From NCBI RefSeq assembly GCF_009834535.1, contig NC_045696.1:11906001-11970000 (forward strand): a stretch of DNA of 64,000 nt. Direction: 5' to 3'. How positions within the stretch are numbered: position 1 is the first letter of the stretch; every line of letters starts with the position of its first letter. Both the position numbers and the translations under genes were made by a program. Source of the stretch: Camelus ferus (taxonomy: Eukaryota). Positions 37,338 through 50,755 of this stretch are shown piece by piece. Below the pieces are notes generated by a model. It had not been told where the DNA came from. It did not search any database and worked only from the letters and a program-made list of their open reading frames with translations.

Positions 37338-39492
37338 TAGTGGGGAGGTAATTAAGTTTATTTGTTTGTTTGTTTGTTTATTTTAAAGGAAGTACAGGGG
37401 ATGGAACCCAGGATCTCATGCATGCTAAGCATGTGCTCCATCACTGAGCTATACCCTCCCCCTCTATTTTTAATTTATCAAGAATCTCCACACTGTTTTC
37501 CATAATGGCTGTACAAATTCCCACGTGGTTTATAAGGATTTTCTTTTCTCTACATCCTTGCCAACACTTGTTATCTTTTGTCTTTTTGATAATAGCCATT
37601 CTAACAGGTGTGAGGTGATATCTCATTGTGGTTTTGATTTGCATTTCTCTGATAGTAATGTTGAGCACCTTTTCATATGCTTGTTGGCCCTGTGTATGTC
37701 TTCCTTTGAGAAATATCTATTTCAGGTCTTTTGTCCATTTTTCAATTGGCTTATCTCTCTGTTTTTTTTTTTTTTGTTGTTGTTGTTGTTTGTTTGTTTT
37801 TTGCTATTGAGTTCTTTGAGTTTCTTGTGTATTTTAGATATTAACCTCTGGTCATGGCTTGAAAATATCTTCTCACACTTCCTAGGTTATCTCTTCACTT
37901 TGGTGATTGTTTCCTTTGCTGTGCAGAAGCTTTTTAGTTTGATGTAGACCCACTTGTTTATTTTTTCTTTAGTAGCTGTGTCAGATTCAAAAAATCATTG
38001 CTCAGAACAAGATAAAGAAGCTTTATTCCTATGTTTTCTTCTATGAGTTTTACAATTTCAGGACTTAGGTTTAAGTTGTTAATTTTGAGTTGATTTTTAT
38101 ATATAGTGTGAGGTAAGGGTCAGTTTCATTCTTCTGAATGTGGATATCCAGTTTCCCCAAAAACCATTTATTGAAGAGACTATCCTTTCCTTGTTGTATA
38201 TTCTTGACTCATTTGTCATAAATTAATTCACCATATATGTGTAGGTTTATTTCTGGGCTCTCTGTTTTGTTCCCTTGGCTTATATCTCTATTTTTATGCA
38301 CATACTGTACTGCTTAAATTACTGTAGCTTTGTAAAATATTTTAAATTCAGGAAGTGTGATGCCTCTAGTTTTGTTCTTCCAGCTCAAAATTGCTTTGGT
38401 TATTTGGGATCCTTTTTGGTTCTGTATGAATTTTAGTTTTTTTTTTTTTTTTCCTATTTCTGTGAAAAATGCCACTGAAATTTTGAAAGAGACAGTGTTG
38501 AATCTGTACATCACTTTGAGTAGTTATGAGACATTTTAACAATATTAATTCTACCAATCCATGAACATGGGGTATCTTTCCATCTATTTGTTTCTTCAAT
38601 TTCTTTCATTAATGTTTTATAGTCTTCAGTGTTCTGATCTTTCACCTCCTTAGTTAAATTTATTCCTAAGTATTTTTATTCTTTTTGATGGTATTATAAA
38701 TGAGATTGTTTTCTTAATTTCTTTTTTGGATAGTTCATTGTTAGTGTATAGAAATACAACTGATTTTTGTATGTGTAATTTTAACAATTTTTTTGGTGGA
38801 GTCTTTAGGGTTTACTGTATATAAGATCTTGTCATCTGCAGAGACAATTTAACTTCTTCCTTGCTGATTTGGATACCTTTTATTTCTTTTTCTTACCTAA
38901 TTGCTTTGGGTATGATTTCCAGTAATATGTTGATAGAAGTGGTGAGAGTGGGCATCTTTGTCTTAGAGTTGTCTAAAGTTGCTGATCTTAGAGGAAAAGT
39001 TTTCAGTTTTTCACCGTTGAGAATGATGTTAGTTGTGGGCTTGTATATCTTTCTATACTTACTTAAACTGTTGAAAGGTTTTATCATGAAAGGATGTCAA
39101 ATTTTGTCAAATGCTTTTTCTGCATCCATTGAGATGATTGTATGTTTCTTCCCCTTCATTCTGTTACTGTGTTATAGCACACTTAATGTTTATATTGAAC
39201 CATCCTTACATCCAAGGATAAATCCTAACTGATCATATTTTATGAGCCTTTTAATATGCTATTGAATTTGATTTGCTAGTATTTTGTTGAGGACTTTTAC
39301 ATCTATTTCATCAGGGATATTGGCCTGTAATTTTCTTTTCTTATAGTGTCCTCGTCTGGTTTTGGTATCAGGGTAATTCTGACCTCATGAGTTTGGAAGT
39401 GTTTCCTCCTCTTCAATTTTCTGGGAGAGTTTGGGATGGGTTGGCATTAATTCTTTAAATGTTTGGTAGAATTCACCAGTGAAGCCATAGGG
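36578..39492 (-). mobile_element. L1MA9-like LINE-1, ~2.9 kb, degenerate ORF2
   Basis: ORF2 remnants ([44 protein letters not shown]). Perfect TSD aaagaccttgactttt at 36562-36577 and 39493-39508. Confidence 0.95.
37285..37462 (-). mobile_element. vic-1-type SINE nested in the L1, with a (TAAA)n tail
   Basis: Minus strand reads ggggagggtatagctcagtgatggagcacatgcttagcatgcatgagatcctgggttccatcccc (A and B boxes). Flanks tctgtt/tctatt. Confidence 0.92.
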
Positions 39493-40309
39493 AAAGACCT
39501 TGACTTTTATTATCTCATTTTACATATTATCAATTGACTGACAATTAAAAATTTGTTTTATACAATATAAAAAGAAAGAGCACAGATACTTCAAGTCTGT
39601 CTTACTCAGTATTCTACTTCTCACTGGCTACTCTTTCAGAGAACAGTGTCATTGGAGTTATTCTGTATTTGGGAATAAAGAGACCAAAGAGCTGTTAGGA
39701 AACCTCCTGACAGGCTTTATGATAATTTATTTTACTTGATTTTATGTCTTTAATGAGATACAGAGGAATCTGACAGCTAGTGGGCAGAAGTGTTGAGATT
39801 AGAGATTTTATGTATTTGATTTGCTGTTGTGACTTTGTCAAATATATCGTTAATCTCTCTGCTGTTGATTTCCTCCTGCCATTAGGTTGGTAGTAAACAG
39901 GGTGTAAGCCGGCATAGTCACCTGTGCTTTTGGGCAGAGGTTTGCGAATTTCCTTGTGGTTTTTTTGTACAGAAACACAATTCACTGATGAGTGCTAAGA
40001 CTTCTAGCCACAGGAGTCTCTGCTGTTTGTGTATGAGCTCACAGAAGTATTGCATGTGTGAGATGTTTACCATTTTGTTCCATTCCTTCTCTCTTTTAAA
40101 TTTCTGATTCAGGAATTTCCACTTGGCCCAGTTTAAATGTCTCCTGCATAACTCTCTTCTCATAGTGTTTTACTGGTATGCTTGATATGATATTTGAAGA
40201 CGGGGACTGTGTTATCTGTGTCCTCTCAAAAGGCTTGGTACATTACACATGAGAGCTCCTTGGTTTTGTTGTTAGTTTTACATATGTATGTATTTGTGGA
40301 TTTATAAAG

Positions 40310-40550
40310 TTATTATTGGAGTGCTGCTTTATGCCAGGTCCTTGCTTAGCAGTTTATATGAGTTATTTCATTTATTTTTCACAACAACCCAGTAGGAGAG
40401 GCACTATAATTTCCCTCATTTTACATATAGGGAAACTGAGGCTTGGAGAAGTTAAATGGGGCATCCAAGGTCATTCAGCTTTTGAATGATGGGGTTGGGA
40501 TTCAAACCTAGTTCTGATTCCAAAGCCCCTGTTCCTACCCATTCTGTTAT
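40310..40550 (-). mobile_element. MIR, near full length
   Basis: cattttacatatagggaaactgaggcttggagaagttaa...gggattcaaaccta. Confidence 0.9.
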
Positions 40551-40724
40551 AATGCAAGTGGTATTGAATTAAATATATAGACTGCTTTATGTTGTGTGTC
40601 TGTTAACTTTGGGATTTTGACCAACATTTTAATGAACTAGAAAAATTATGGTACCAAGTACATTCCTTTTCTTTATACCATGACTAGTAATGGGATTGAT
40701 TACCTTCTAATGGACTTTTTCTTT

Positions 40725-41500
40725 TAAACAACTTTAGTTAGCTATAATTTACATACCATACAATTCATCCATTTAAAGTGTACACTCCAGTAGTGTTTAG
40801 TATATTCACAGAGTTTTACAACCATCTCTGTAATCATTTTTAGAACAAAAGAAACTCTGTACCGTTACCAGTCCTTCCTCATTTCTCCCCAACGCTCCCC
40901 ACCCGTCCCCAGCCCCAGGCAACCATTAACCTAATTTGTCTCCAGATTTGCCTGTTCTGGACATTTCATATAAATGGAATCATGCAATGTATGGTCTTTC
41001 GCATCTGGCTTTTTTCACTTCACATCATGTTTTCAAGTTTTATCCACATTGTGGCAAGTATCAGCACTTCATTTCTTTTTATTGCCAAATAATATCAACT
41101 TTGTCTGGACTTACATATTTTATTTATCCATTCATCAGTTGATGGACACTTGGGTTATTTCCACTCTTTTGCTATTGCAAATAGTGCTGGTGTGACTCAT
41201 TCACATACAAGCTTTTGTGTGGACATATGTTATCATTTACCTAGAAATGAAACTGCAGGGTCATATGGTTACTCTAGGTTTACTGTTTTTAAGAACTACC
41301 AGACTGTTTTCCAAAGTACCTGCACCATTTTCTATTTGCATCAGTGACATATGAGGGTCCTTTATATCCTTGCTAATACTTGTTATTATGTATTTTTTTG
41401 ATTATAGGCATTCTTGTGGGTGTGAAGTGGTGTCTTATTGTGGTTTTAATTATTTTTGTCCCCTAATGGCTAATGCTGAGGGTGCATCTTTTCCTGTGTA
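40725..41500 (-). mobile_element. L1MB-like 3' end
   Basis: taatttacataccatacaattcatccatttaaagtgtac...gggtgtgaagtggtgtcttattgtggtttt. Confidence 0.9.
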
Positions 41501-44500
41501 ACTGACTTGTAAATACAGATTTTTGTGTATATATTCTTTCTGAAGCAAGTCACACCTGTGCTGGTGTTGACATTTTCTCATCTCCTTTATTGTAATCAAT
41601 TTGGAATTGTATCTAGAGTTGCAGCTAACTTATCTAAAGTCTCACCTTGGGTGATTCTTTGGCCAAGGGCATGGCACAGCGTTTTGGAAGCAGAAATTAT
41701 TCATTAATTCATTCACATCAATCTATTGGCCAAATTATGTGGCTGAAAACGTGCATGGGAGAAGGAAGGGCTTCAGGGACTAGAGGAACCAACTAAAGAT
41801 GAGCCTAAAACATTTAAAAGTCTGGAGGGTTAAAAGTTCAGGTGTCCTGGACAGAGAATGAGATACATGTGGGCTGGATTGGAGGCTGGTTGAAACACAC
41901 TAAAAGAATGTTAATTAATGAATCAGCACCAAATTGGGAGGATGTCTGTAGTTTAAACCACAAATTGCTCAATACCTGAAGAATCACTGGCATGGTAACT
42001 TACATGGGATTCTCATTTCTTATATGAGAATACAGTTTCTTTGTTATCTAGGACTTATGTTTGTAAGTATCAGAAATCAGCTCAAGAACACAGAAGTTTT
42101 GTTTTGTTTTGTTGAGTTTATATTTGGTTTTTAAGGAGGTTGGCAGGAATTTTTTATAAAAATACAGAATATCTCCTGGACCGTTGGTAGTTATGTGTCT
42201 GTCTAGGGATTGTGCACACTGTGGAGGTCATCAGGATTCTGGATTCCCTGGCACACTTGGTTCCTCTTGTCTCTGCTAATCTGTCATTTTTTTCTCCTTT
42301 CCTGCAGCCTTTAATTATTTTTTTATTCCTCTTGTTCCTGAATTGACATGACCAAAAATGTGTCTGCCAACAGTTTCTGAACTTGAATATCACATCTGAA
42401 TAGAAGAGTGTTCAGTAGGGTGTTCAGTACACACTCTGAATAATCTCAGCTGCCCCAGGTGGCAGGCAGAACCTGTGACATATTTAAAAAGCAGTATGCG
42501 ATGTTCTGCAGAGAGTTTGGGGAAAGAAGAAAATAGATGAGACTTGTACACACATGGAACAGGGGAGGTAGGGCTTGCAGCAGTGCGTGTCCGTAAGCAC
42601 GGTGTGGTCATGAGAAATGAATGAATCCATTCGTGGGCTAAAGGATACGTTGTGTCCTGGTCCCCCTGGTCGTTCATCAGGTCAGCCCAGTGCTTGAGGA
42701 CCACATCTACCTCCCTGTTCAGCATTGTAAAGAGAACTTTGAGAAAAGTAGTCAGAGGAGCAGAACTGAAATGATATTAAGAAACTTTGGTGGCAAAACC
42801 GTAAAAAGGGGACAAGACCACCTCCTTCTGCCATTTGAAAGCTTAGCATACAGAAAAGATAGAGATTTGGTCTCGTTTCTCCAGCAGATCGGTGTTACAG
42901 AGAGGCATCTTTTAAAATTCATCTAAGAAAAAAATGTCTAACTCTTAACAAACAGAGTAAGGAGTGGCCTACAGTTCTGAGTTTTCTGTTAGTTACCACG
43001 CATCCAGGATATTAGAGATGTAGATGGAGTTTGAGATTTCCTCTATACTTTTAATGCCTTTTGATCGTGGCATTAGCCAGCATTGAGGCACTACAATTGG
43101 GCCACATGGCAATGTAATATGTAGATGGTAGCTCTGGGAGATACAATACACACATATTTGGACCTATATTGTTTTCTATACCAACATCTCTCAGTGTTGC
43201 GAATGTGGAAAACGTTCTTTCTGTGCTATTTAAGACTTACTTTACATTTCAGTCAGTTCTCTTCATCACCCAGAAATCTTATAGTTGTTGTGTCCTCCTG
43301 CTGCTGCTGCATGTGTGTTTGGGGGAACAGTAACTAATTCTGATGGTAGTCTAAGCAAAATGCAGTTAGGGAAATCTCGTGCCAAACACGCATCTGCTCT
43401 AATGTTTGCCTTCATTAGTGTGCATAATCGGGAGTTTGCTTTAAATACTGTACGACCTTTAGCGTGAAAAAGTGAAATAGAGAGAGAGATGCAGGAGGCA
43501 TTGGAGTTTTGGGGAGAATCATTTTATGGTCATCACTGTTACCATCCAAGACTTGTATGCATGTATGAGGTATGGCGCATGAGCGTGCGTGCGTGTCTGC
43601 AGGAACGCGTGCGTGTGTGCATCCCTGCGGGCTGCGCGTCTGAACTGTACGGGGGAAGCACCATTAAGGAAACAGAGAACAGGAGAACTAAGAAAACAAA
43701 GGGATGGATGTGGCATTACAATTTAGGAGACAGATAATTAAAATTCAACTATAAAACCGAAAGACACTTGGAGGATATAGATAGTAATATTGGGGCTATC
43801 ATACAAAAGGGCTATCATTTCTTTCTATTCTTAGGAAAGAGATTTAGAAAATGAAGCAGAGTTTTTCTTTTTTCTTTTCTTCTTTTTTTATTATGTGGGT
43901 TATTTTGGAGCTAGAGGGTGTGTGAAACTTGAGATATTTAGTGTTTGGCTTTTTGGATATAAGGAGATAAATGCATGTTGTGAAAAACAAATCTTCACAT
44001 ATGTGATGAAAATAAAGTTACTTATTTTTCCTTTTATATATATGAGTGATTATGGTGGGAACTTTGAAAAAACAGAAACATATGAGGAAGGGGAAATAAT
44101 TGCCTGTTTACTCACCAATAAAAATCATGCTCATACTGTGTTTTTTTCCTATTCTTTCTTGTTATTATTTTAACATACATATATATAATATGTACATACA
44201 CATGGTATGTATTTTTTCACACAGTCACCTCAATTATCTGGATATAGATGGTGCTGTGTTAGTGACTTTCAGTATGTTGCTTTTAGAGCTGTTGCTTCTG
44301 TGACTGTGGCTTTCAGGGGACTGGGGGTGGGCAATAACTAGGGGGGATTGTAGGACCAAAGGAGAGGGTTTTATTTTAGAAAATAAGGGAGTACTTAACA
44401 TATTTATGTAGCTGAATGTCTAAAGCCGATCATTTCCTTGAATTAGCCCGAGTTATTTCTGCCTGTTAGACTTTGCCTCAAACTTAACATCTCTCTGAAT

Positions 44501-46344
44501 GAGCTGACTGTTCTCATCTCTGCCTCTCCTTTTCAAAAAAAAAAAAAAAAAAAATCCTGACACCATCCTGCTTCTCTGTGTTCCCGTCTTAATTCTGTTC
44601 TGCTCCCCATTGCATCCCCAGGGTTTTGCATAGTCCTTGTCACACATTAGATGCTCAAGAAATATTTATTATTATGAATGAAGTAAAGGTTGACTTCTAT
44701 CTTTATGTCTTCTTGGTTTGTGGCATCTCTAGCTACCTAGTTTCTCCTCCTCCCCCTCTCTTTACTTCTCTTCCTTTCATTCCTTCTCTTCATCTCTGTG
44801 GCTACTGTCTCAGCTTAGACTTTTGCCCTCTCTTGCCAGGCTGATTTCCGTGGCTATTCTCCTAAAGCTCTCAGTGGTTCTCAACCTGGTTGGCCAAAGA
44901 TACTCCCTTGAATTCCCAGAGCCTCCATGTTTCATATAGAGATTCAGTTCCAACCTTTTCAACTTACAGTGGTGGTGAGCAAAGGATGAGTCATAACCTG
45001 TACATTGATCAGAATAATGTAACAGAACCATGGACCGTTGGTTCTGAAGGATTTCTTCAAGTCCAGATGCTGAGAAAGCTAAGGAATCCCAGCCAGTGAT
45101 TGCTGTGGTGTCTTTAGACCTTGGATGGCGAAACTGGATTATGTTTTCCTACATTTTTACTGGGAAAAAAGACCTGCTACCTTTAGGTACATTAGAATTT
45201 ATGAGCAAGTGAACGCAGTGTGCCAGTGTGTGAGGGCTTTCTGGAGGATGAGGAGAGCTCCCTGTTGGACCACTGGGACGATTACTTGTCCACAGTCAGA
45301 GCTCATATATATATTGCCCCGGATTGTTTTGATTCTTCTTCTTTTGAGTTGTCTGCAGCTGAATTAATTAAATTTCAAGAATAGTCTATTGTTAGCTGAG
45401 TAAGCTCACCTTGGGAAGAACCCAAGGTCACAGAGGGCCGGATCTGCAAATACAACAGTCACTGCATGACTCTGGGAACGTCTTTGGACTCAACTTGGTG
45501 AAGCTGGGTCCCTGGAGTGAATGAGTCTGGGAGCTCTTCCATGAGAGAACCCAGGGTCTGGGTCTTCAGAGGACCTGAGGAGTCTGAAGGACTTACCTTC
45601 TTTGTTTTGTTGCCTGATGAGATGGCAAGTAACGCTCCAAGTGAGGAATGTCGGTCAGGTGCTGGGGAATCCTTAACGATCATTCCACCTAGGCTGGTTA
45701 AACAGGAAAGCCCGAGTCCAAGTGGTTCAGCAGTTCAATGCTTTTCCCCCCACCTCCCCCACCTAGGGAAACCTTGCACTTGTTCCACTGTCACACTGGA
45801 AAAGTATTCTGAAGGGACGAAAACATACAGGAACAAATTGTCATCCAGGAACCCTAGAGTGTGTCTCACATCACATTTTCATCCCCGGTCCTTTCCCTCT
45901 GATGACCCTTTGGAAAACGATTGGGTGAATGACTCACCCTCCGTTGGCTGGACCCTCAGCTGTAAGATGAGGGGGAAGGGGAGGCACTAAATGAGCTCTC
46001 AGCCCCCCTCTTGCCGTTGCTTTCCGGGGGGCCGTGGAGCCAGACAGCAGCCGATCCTGGGGCCTGAGTGATAAGGCCAGCCGGCAGAGCTGGCCAGGGG
46101 TCCCAGGGCAAGTCAACTAATGACCTGCAGCATTTTCTTTTGCCGCAGCTTGACTACCCATATGTTTCCAATCACTGCTTCGTGTTAATAGAAACTAAAT
46201 CTCTCCAAGCGCTTGTCTTGAAGTTATTGTTGGGGACTTTTGGTTAATGGTCAGAAAACAAATTTCTAGTGGTTTGGGCTGATAGCGGAACATGTTAATT
46301 CCGAAGACTCTGGCCCTCGTGTTGGCCTGTGTTACTGCTCTGTA

Positions 46345-46660
46345 GAGCCCTGTACGAGGGGGCCAGACTCAGATGACCCCGGACCAGGGAGGCTGTCTCG
46401 GTGGATGAGTGCCAGCGCGACCCAGGGTGACTGACGGCTGGCAGGCCACCCTCCAGGGCTTGTTGCTGTGGTCCAGTGTCGCCAGCTTTTTCTATTTTTA
46501 AAGAGGAGTTGGAACCCCTGATTTGCCTGTGATGTCTTTTCAGTTTTAAATGTTGGACCAAAAAGGGAAAAACATTTTTTTTTAAAAACAGTCCCACCGT
46601 CCAAACAAAATATGTCTGTAGGCCACACACACCCTCAGGCCACCCAGAGGCAATTTCTGA
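46345..46660. mobile_element. MER102-like hAT-Charlie relic
   Basis: ttttaaatgttgg...ccaaacaaaatatgtctgtaggcc. Confidence 0.6.
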
Positions 46661-46694
46661 GTGTACAGAGCACAGTATTTCTTGTGCGTACTAT

Positions 46695-47200
46695 TTCTTA
46701 TTGGCAGTTTCAAACATTCACAAGTGGAGACTAGTATACTGAACCCCCAACTCTTGTGTTACCCAGCTTCAAAGATTAGCAGGTCACACACACACACACA
46801 CACACATCCACACACCTATCCTGGATTATTTTGATGTAAATCCCAGACACTATATTATCTCATCTGAAAATATATCAGTATGTGTTGCAAAAAGATAACA
46901 TGAAAAACCATACTGCCTATAACTCCTTAATAATATCCAATATCTAGTCAGTTTTTAAATTTACGCTTCTGTCTCATGATTTTTTAATAGCATATCTTTT
47001 TCAGTCATGATCCATATCACCCATATGTTGCCACTGATGGATACATGTCTTAAGTGTCATTTAATTAGTAAGTTCCTCACTACTCTCTCTCTTTCTCTCT
47101 CTTGTCTTTTCTGCCTTTTACTTTATTTGTTGAAGTGACTTAAGTCTTTGACCCATCAAGTTTTCCATGTTCTGGATTTTGCTGATTGAATCCCTATGGA
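46695..47200 (-). mobile_element. L1MC4/5-like 3' end with an internal (CA)n tract
   Basis: ctggattattttgatgtaaatcccagaca...catgttctggattttgctgattg. Confidence 0.75.
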
Positions 47201-47384
47201 TTTGTTCAAAATTTACATACTAATTTAGTATCTTTAGTTTTATAGTATAAAGGAGTCTAGATACCTGTATTTTTGGCAGTTTTGCCTGTTTTTTTTAGCA
47301 GTTTTTCTCCTGCTGCTGCATAGTTTAGACAAATTCCTGCTTTACAGGGTCTTTCTCCTGGAAATATGATACTATTAAATGTCC

Positions 47385-47478
47385 TTTTTTTAAAAAATTG
47401 AAGTTTAGTCAGTTTATAATGGGTCAATTTCTGGTGTCCAGCATATATTTCAGTCATACATGTACATACATGTGTTGG
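47385..47478 (-). mobile_element. Short L1 3' tail
   Basis: aattgaagtttagtcagttta...caatttctggtgtccagca. Degenerate TSD aatgtc(c)tttt. Confidence 0.75.
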
Positions 47479-49789
47479 TTAATGTCTTTTTGCTTTTACA
47501 AATAAGAATATGGTGGGGATGATCAGATCTAAGATCATGTCAGCCTATAGCTGGCTTTGGGATCTGTTGATGAATTTATTTGAAGGCTGTATGCTTTCCT
47601 GAAATGCTCGGTGCTGCCTCGTGATGCAAAAACTTGGTTCCTATTTTTAGCTTTTCAAACTCCAGACAGCAAATAGGAAGCCTCCAGAATCATTTTGGAG
47701 TAGAATACTTTGGATTTGAAATCAAGGCACACACTGTGGCACTCTCATTAAAAATGGTATGTATGTAGTTCAGCTCAAGTGAAATAATTTGTTGAGCTAC
47801 AAATAGTAATAAATTGCAAAAGTGATTCACCTGGATTTTTAGGAAAGGTTATTTGGAAACCTGAAAATCGGTTGTTTTGAAATAATTAAGCTATTTTAAG
47901 AATGAAGCCTAAGATACAAAGTAGGGAGTTATTAATACTAGTCTTAAATGTTTTCCCTTAAAATCTTTCATGAAGTTAAAATAATTGGTGAATTTCTTTT
48001 GTCAGGTTGGTTCAGATTCCTTTAACGTAATACATAGAACTCAGTTTGAATTCAGAGAAAGGGTTTCAATATTAATTCTTTTAATATGAATCTTTATATG
48101 AAGTGTCTGTTATGACTGAGATGAGCCTCCTGTGGAAATTTATTGGTGGACTGTTTCGGGGTTTCAGCACATTGATTTGTTGAAACTTAGCATCTGATTT
48201 TGTTCTTTAGGTCTTCGTTTGTGGTCCACAAAGCTGTTCAGAGAATTCAAACAGCCAATGAAGTTATATTGATAATATGATGCCAAGTAAGATGTTATTT
48301 GAAGTAAAATATTATAATGGCCCATGAGGACGAGAAAATACCAACACACAAGGGCAAATGTGTACATAATGTGAACAGTGAGCTGACTTAAGGCTGCAGC
48401 GTGATAAATGATGGAATTACTAAACCGTGAAGAAACAGAACGTTGTCATCTCGGTTGAGAAACAGGAGAGTGTCTCTTGGTTGTCTATTTTCTAGCCTCA
48501 GGAAGGATGCACGAGGTGCATTGGATTTTCTGGCGACCCTTAACTGCACTGTGTCTTTAGCAAGAAGAAACCATTCTTACCAAATTCATTGGGCGGGTAA
48601 GCTTGGGTTGAATACCAAGGTATTCAGGTTTAGTTGCTATGGAGATTTTTTCACAAAGAAAAAGAATTCGAAACCACTTAAAATGAGTAGCTAGCGAATT
48701 TTTAAAAAATGTATTATGTTATTTTGATCTGTCTGCCTGGTATGTCTAGTTCCGTTCTGTTGACTAGGAAACTAAGTCTTAGTGCAACTCGATTTCAAAT
48801 CTAGCCATTATGGACAAACCTGGAAATAGAAAAGTGATGTCCACACTCTTTTAAGCTCTGTGCTCTGTTTGCTGTTCACAATACTTATAACCCCAAATGC
48901 TGTCGTGTCTCTTTGTAAGGGGAGGGGTGGGTGGAGGTGAGGGTCATTGCTGAACTAACCTGAGCTACACCGTTGATGTCCTCTTTCCTTCCATCCTCCC
49001 TTTGCTCCTTCCTTCTCTTCTTTCTTTCCTTCATTTCTTGCTTGTCTGTCTACCTGCCTCCCTGCTTTGGATTACAGTTCTGTCTCCAGAGCCATACTTT
49101 AGGATCTGTTCAAATCTGAAGAGTTGTGAGTCATTTCCATATAGATTCTCCCGTGGTTCTTTGTATTCCTCTTTTGTATGCAGACTTGATCCCTGGCACA
49201 CTTCTATTCAAGATTTCCACTTATTTAAAAGAGTACCCAAGCATCATCTTTTTAATAGTCTGCTTCCAGGGAAACATACAGCTACTGTAGAGGAAGGCTG
49301 TCTCAAGGGTCCAACTTCAAGATGGTTATCGTGAAGCTGACATTGAGCTTTCTTTTGATGGGTGGCCTGGATTGATGGATGGAAGAAGAAGGGAGGTGCT
49401 ATTGTGGGTTCATTGCATGTTGATCCCCAAACTCCGGAGTCCAGGGCGACGTGATTTTCGTCCTCTGTAAAGAGAGGAGTGTATTTCCTTTCATTCAGGA
49501 CCTGCCTAAGTTAAGTGACGTCTACAGGGCCATTGGGAAGAATAAGATAACTAGTTTTCTGCCCTTTTTAGTGTGACAAACAAAGAGTTGCTTTTGATAA
49601 TGGACAAAATCCAGCTTCAGGAAACTGTGCAATTTACTTTCTGTGTCCTTTGTCGAGCATCCCAAGGGAACACTATTCATGGCTGTGATATCCCACAGCA
49701 GGAGGCCTGGTAACTGGGGCAGCTCTCCCTGGATTGCTCCTTGGGTTCCACGTTCACAGCGGGATCCTGTGATGCTGGGCAGCACGGTT

Positions 49790-50040
49790 TGATTCAGGGA
49801 GTATGTATCAAGCACCTGTTAATGTTCTAGGGACTCTGAGAAGTGCTAGAGATAAGAGAATATGTGAGACACAGACGCTGCCCATCAGGTACTCACAGCC
49901 CAGTGTGTGAATCAGACACGTAATCACACACGTGGAGAACAGTGTGAGATGCAGGCAGAAGGAGACGTAGACACAGAGCCCAGAGTAGAGAAGTGCCCAT
50001 CGTGTTGGGATTTCTTGGAGGGATCTTCTCTCTTCATGAG
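49790..50040 (-). mobile_element. LINE-2 3' relic
   Basis: tatcaagcacctg...gtgctagagata...gacacagacgctgcccatcaggtactcacagcccag. Confidence 0.6.
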
Positions 50041-50054
50041 TGTTTGGAGACTGG

Positions 50055-50755
50055 ATCCCAAATCCTCAAACTACAGTCTAAGGGCTAAATTCTGCTTGCT
50101 TCTTGTTTTTTAAGCCCTTTACATTTTATGGTTGGGGAAGAAAGTCGAAAGAAGACTAATAAATCATAATGTGAAAGTTACATGAAACTCACATTTCAGT
50201 GTCTAAGGTGAAAGCTTTATTGGAACAGAGCTGTGTTGTTTGTTTCCGTGTTGTCTGTGGTTGCTTTTACATTACAGTTTCTGAATTAAGTAGTCACCAT
50301 GGAGCATGTATTGCCCACTGTGTTAGTCGGCCTGGCTGCTGTAACAGGGTACCGTGGGCGGGGTGATTTAAACAATATAAATTTTATTTTCTCACAATTC
50401 TGGAGGTTAGAAGTCTGAGGTCAGGATGTTGACAGGCTCGATTCCTTCTGGGGCCTCTCTGCTCGACTTGTAGGGGCCATTTCCTCCCTGCGTCCTCACA
50501 TGGTCTTCCCTCTGTAACTGTTTCTGTCTTAATCTTCTCTTCTTACGAGGACACCAGTCATACTGGATTAGGGTCCACCCAGATGAGTTTATTTTAATCT
50601 AACTACTTCCTTAAAGATATTATCTGCAACTACAATCATATTCTGAAGGACTAGGGGTTAGGACTTCAATGTATAAATTTTGGCGGACCCAGTTCAGCCC
50701 ATAATACCCATATTTCCCATCTGCTCTTCATAGAAAAAATTTGCCCACTCTGGCC
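50055..50755. mobile_element. MER58B-like element split by an LTR
   Basis: Left part parallels 34232-34500. The terminus tatttcccatctg...aaaaaatttgcccactctg resumes after the LTR. Confidence 0.8.
50319..50706 (-). mobile_element. MLT1B-type solo LTR
   Basis: tgtgttagtc...gacaccagtcatactggattagggtccaccc...ttcagcccataata. TSD cccac/cccat. Confidence 0.9.

Noticed and set aside
48211..48286. AG...GTAAGA-bounded 76-nt segment
   Set aside because: Stops in all three frames and no other support.
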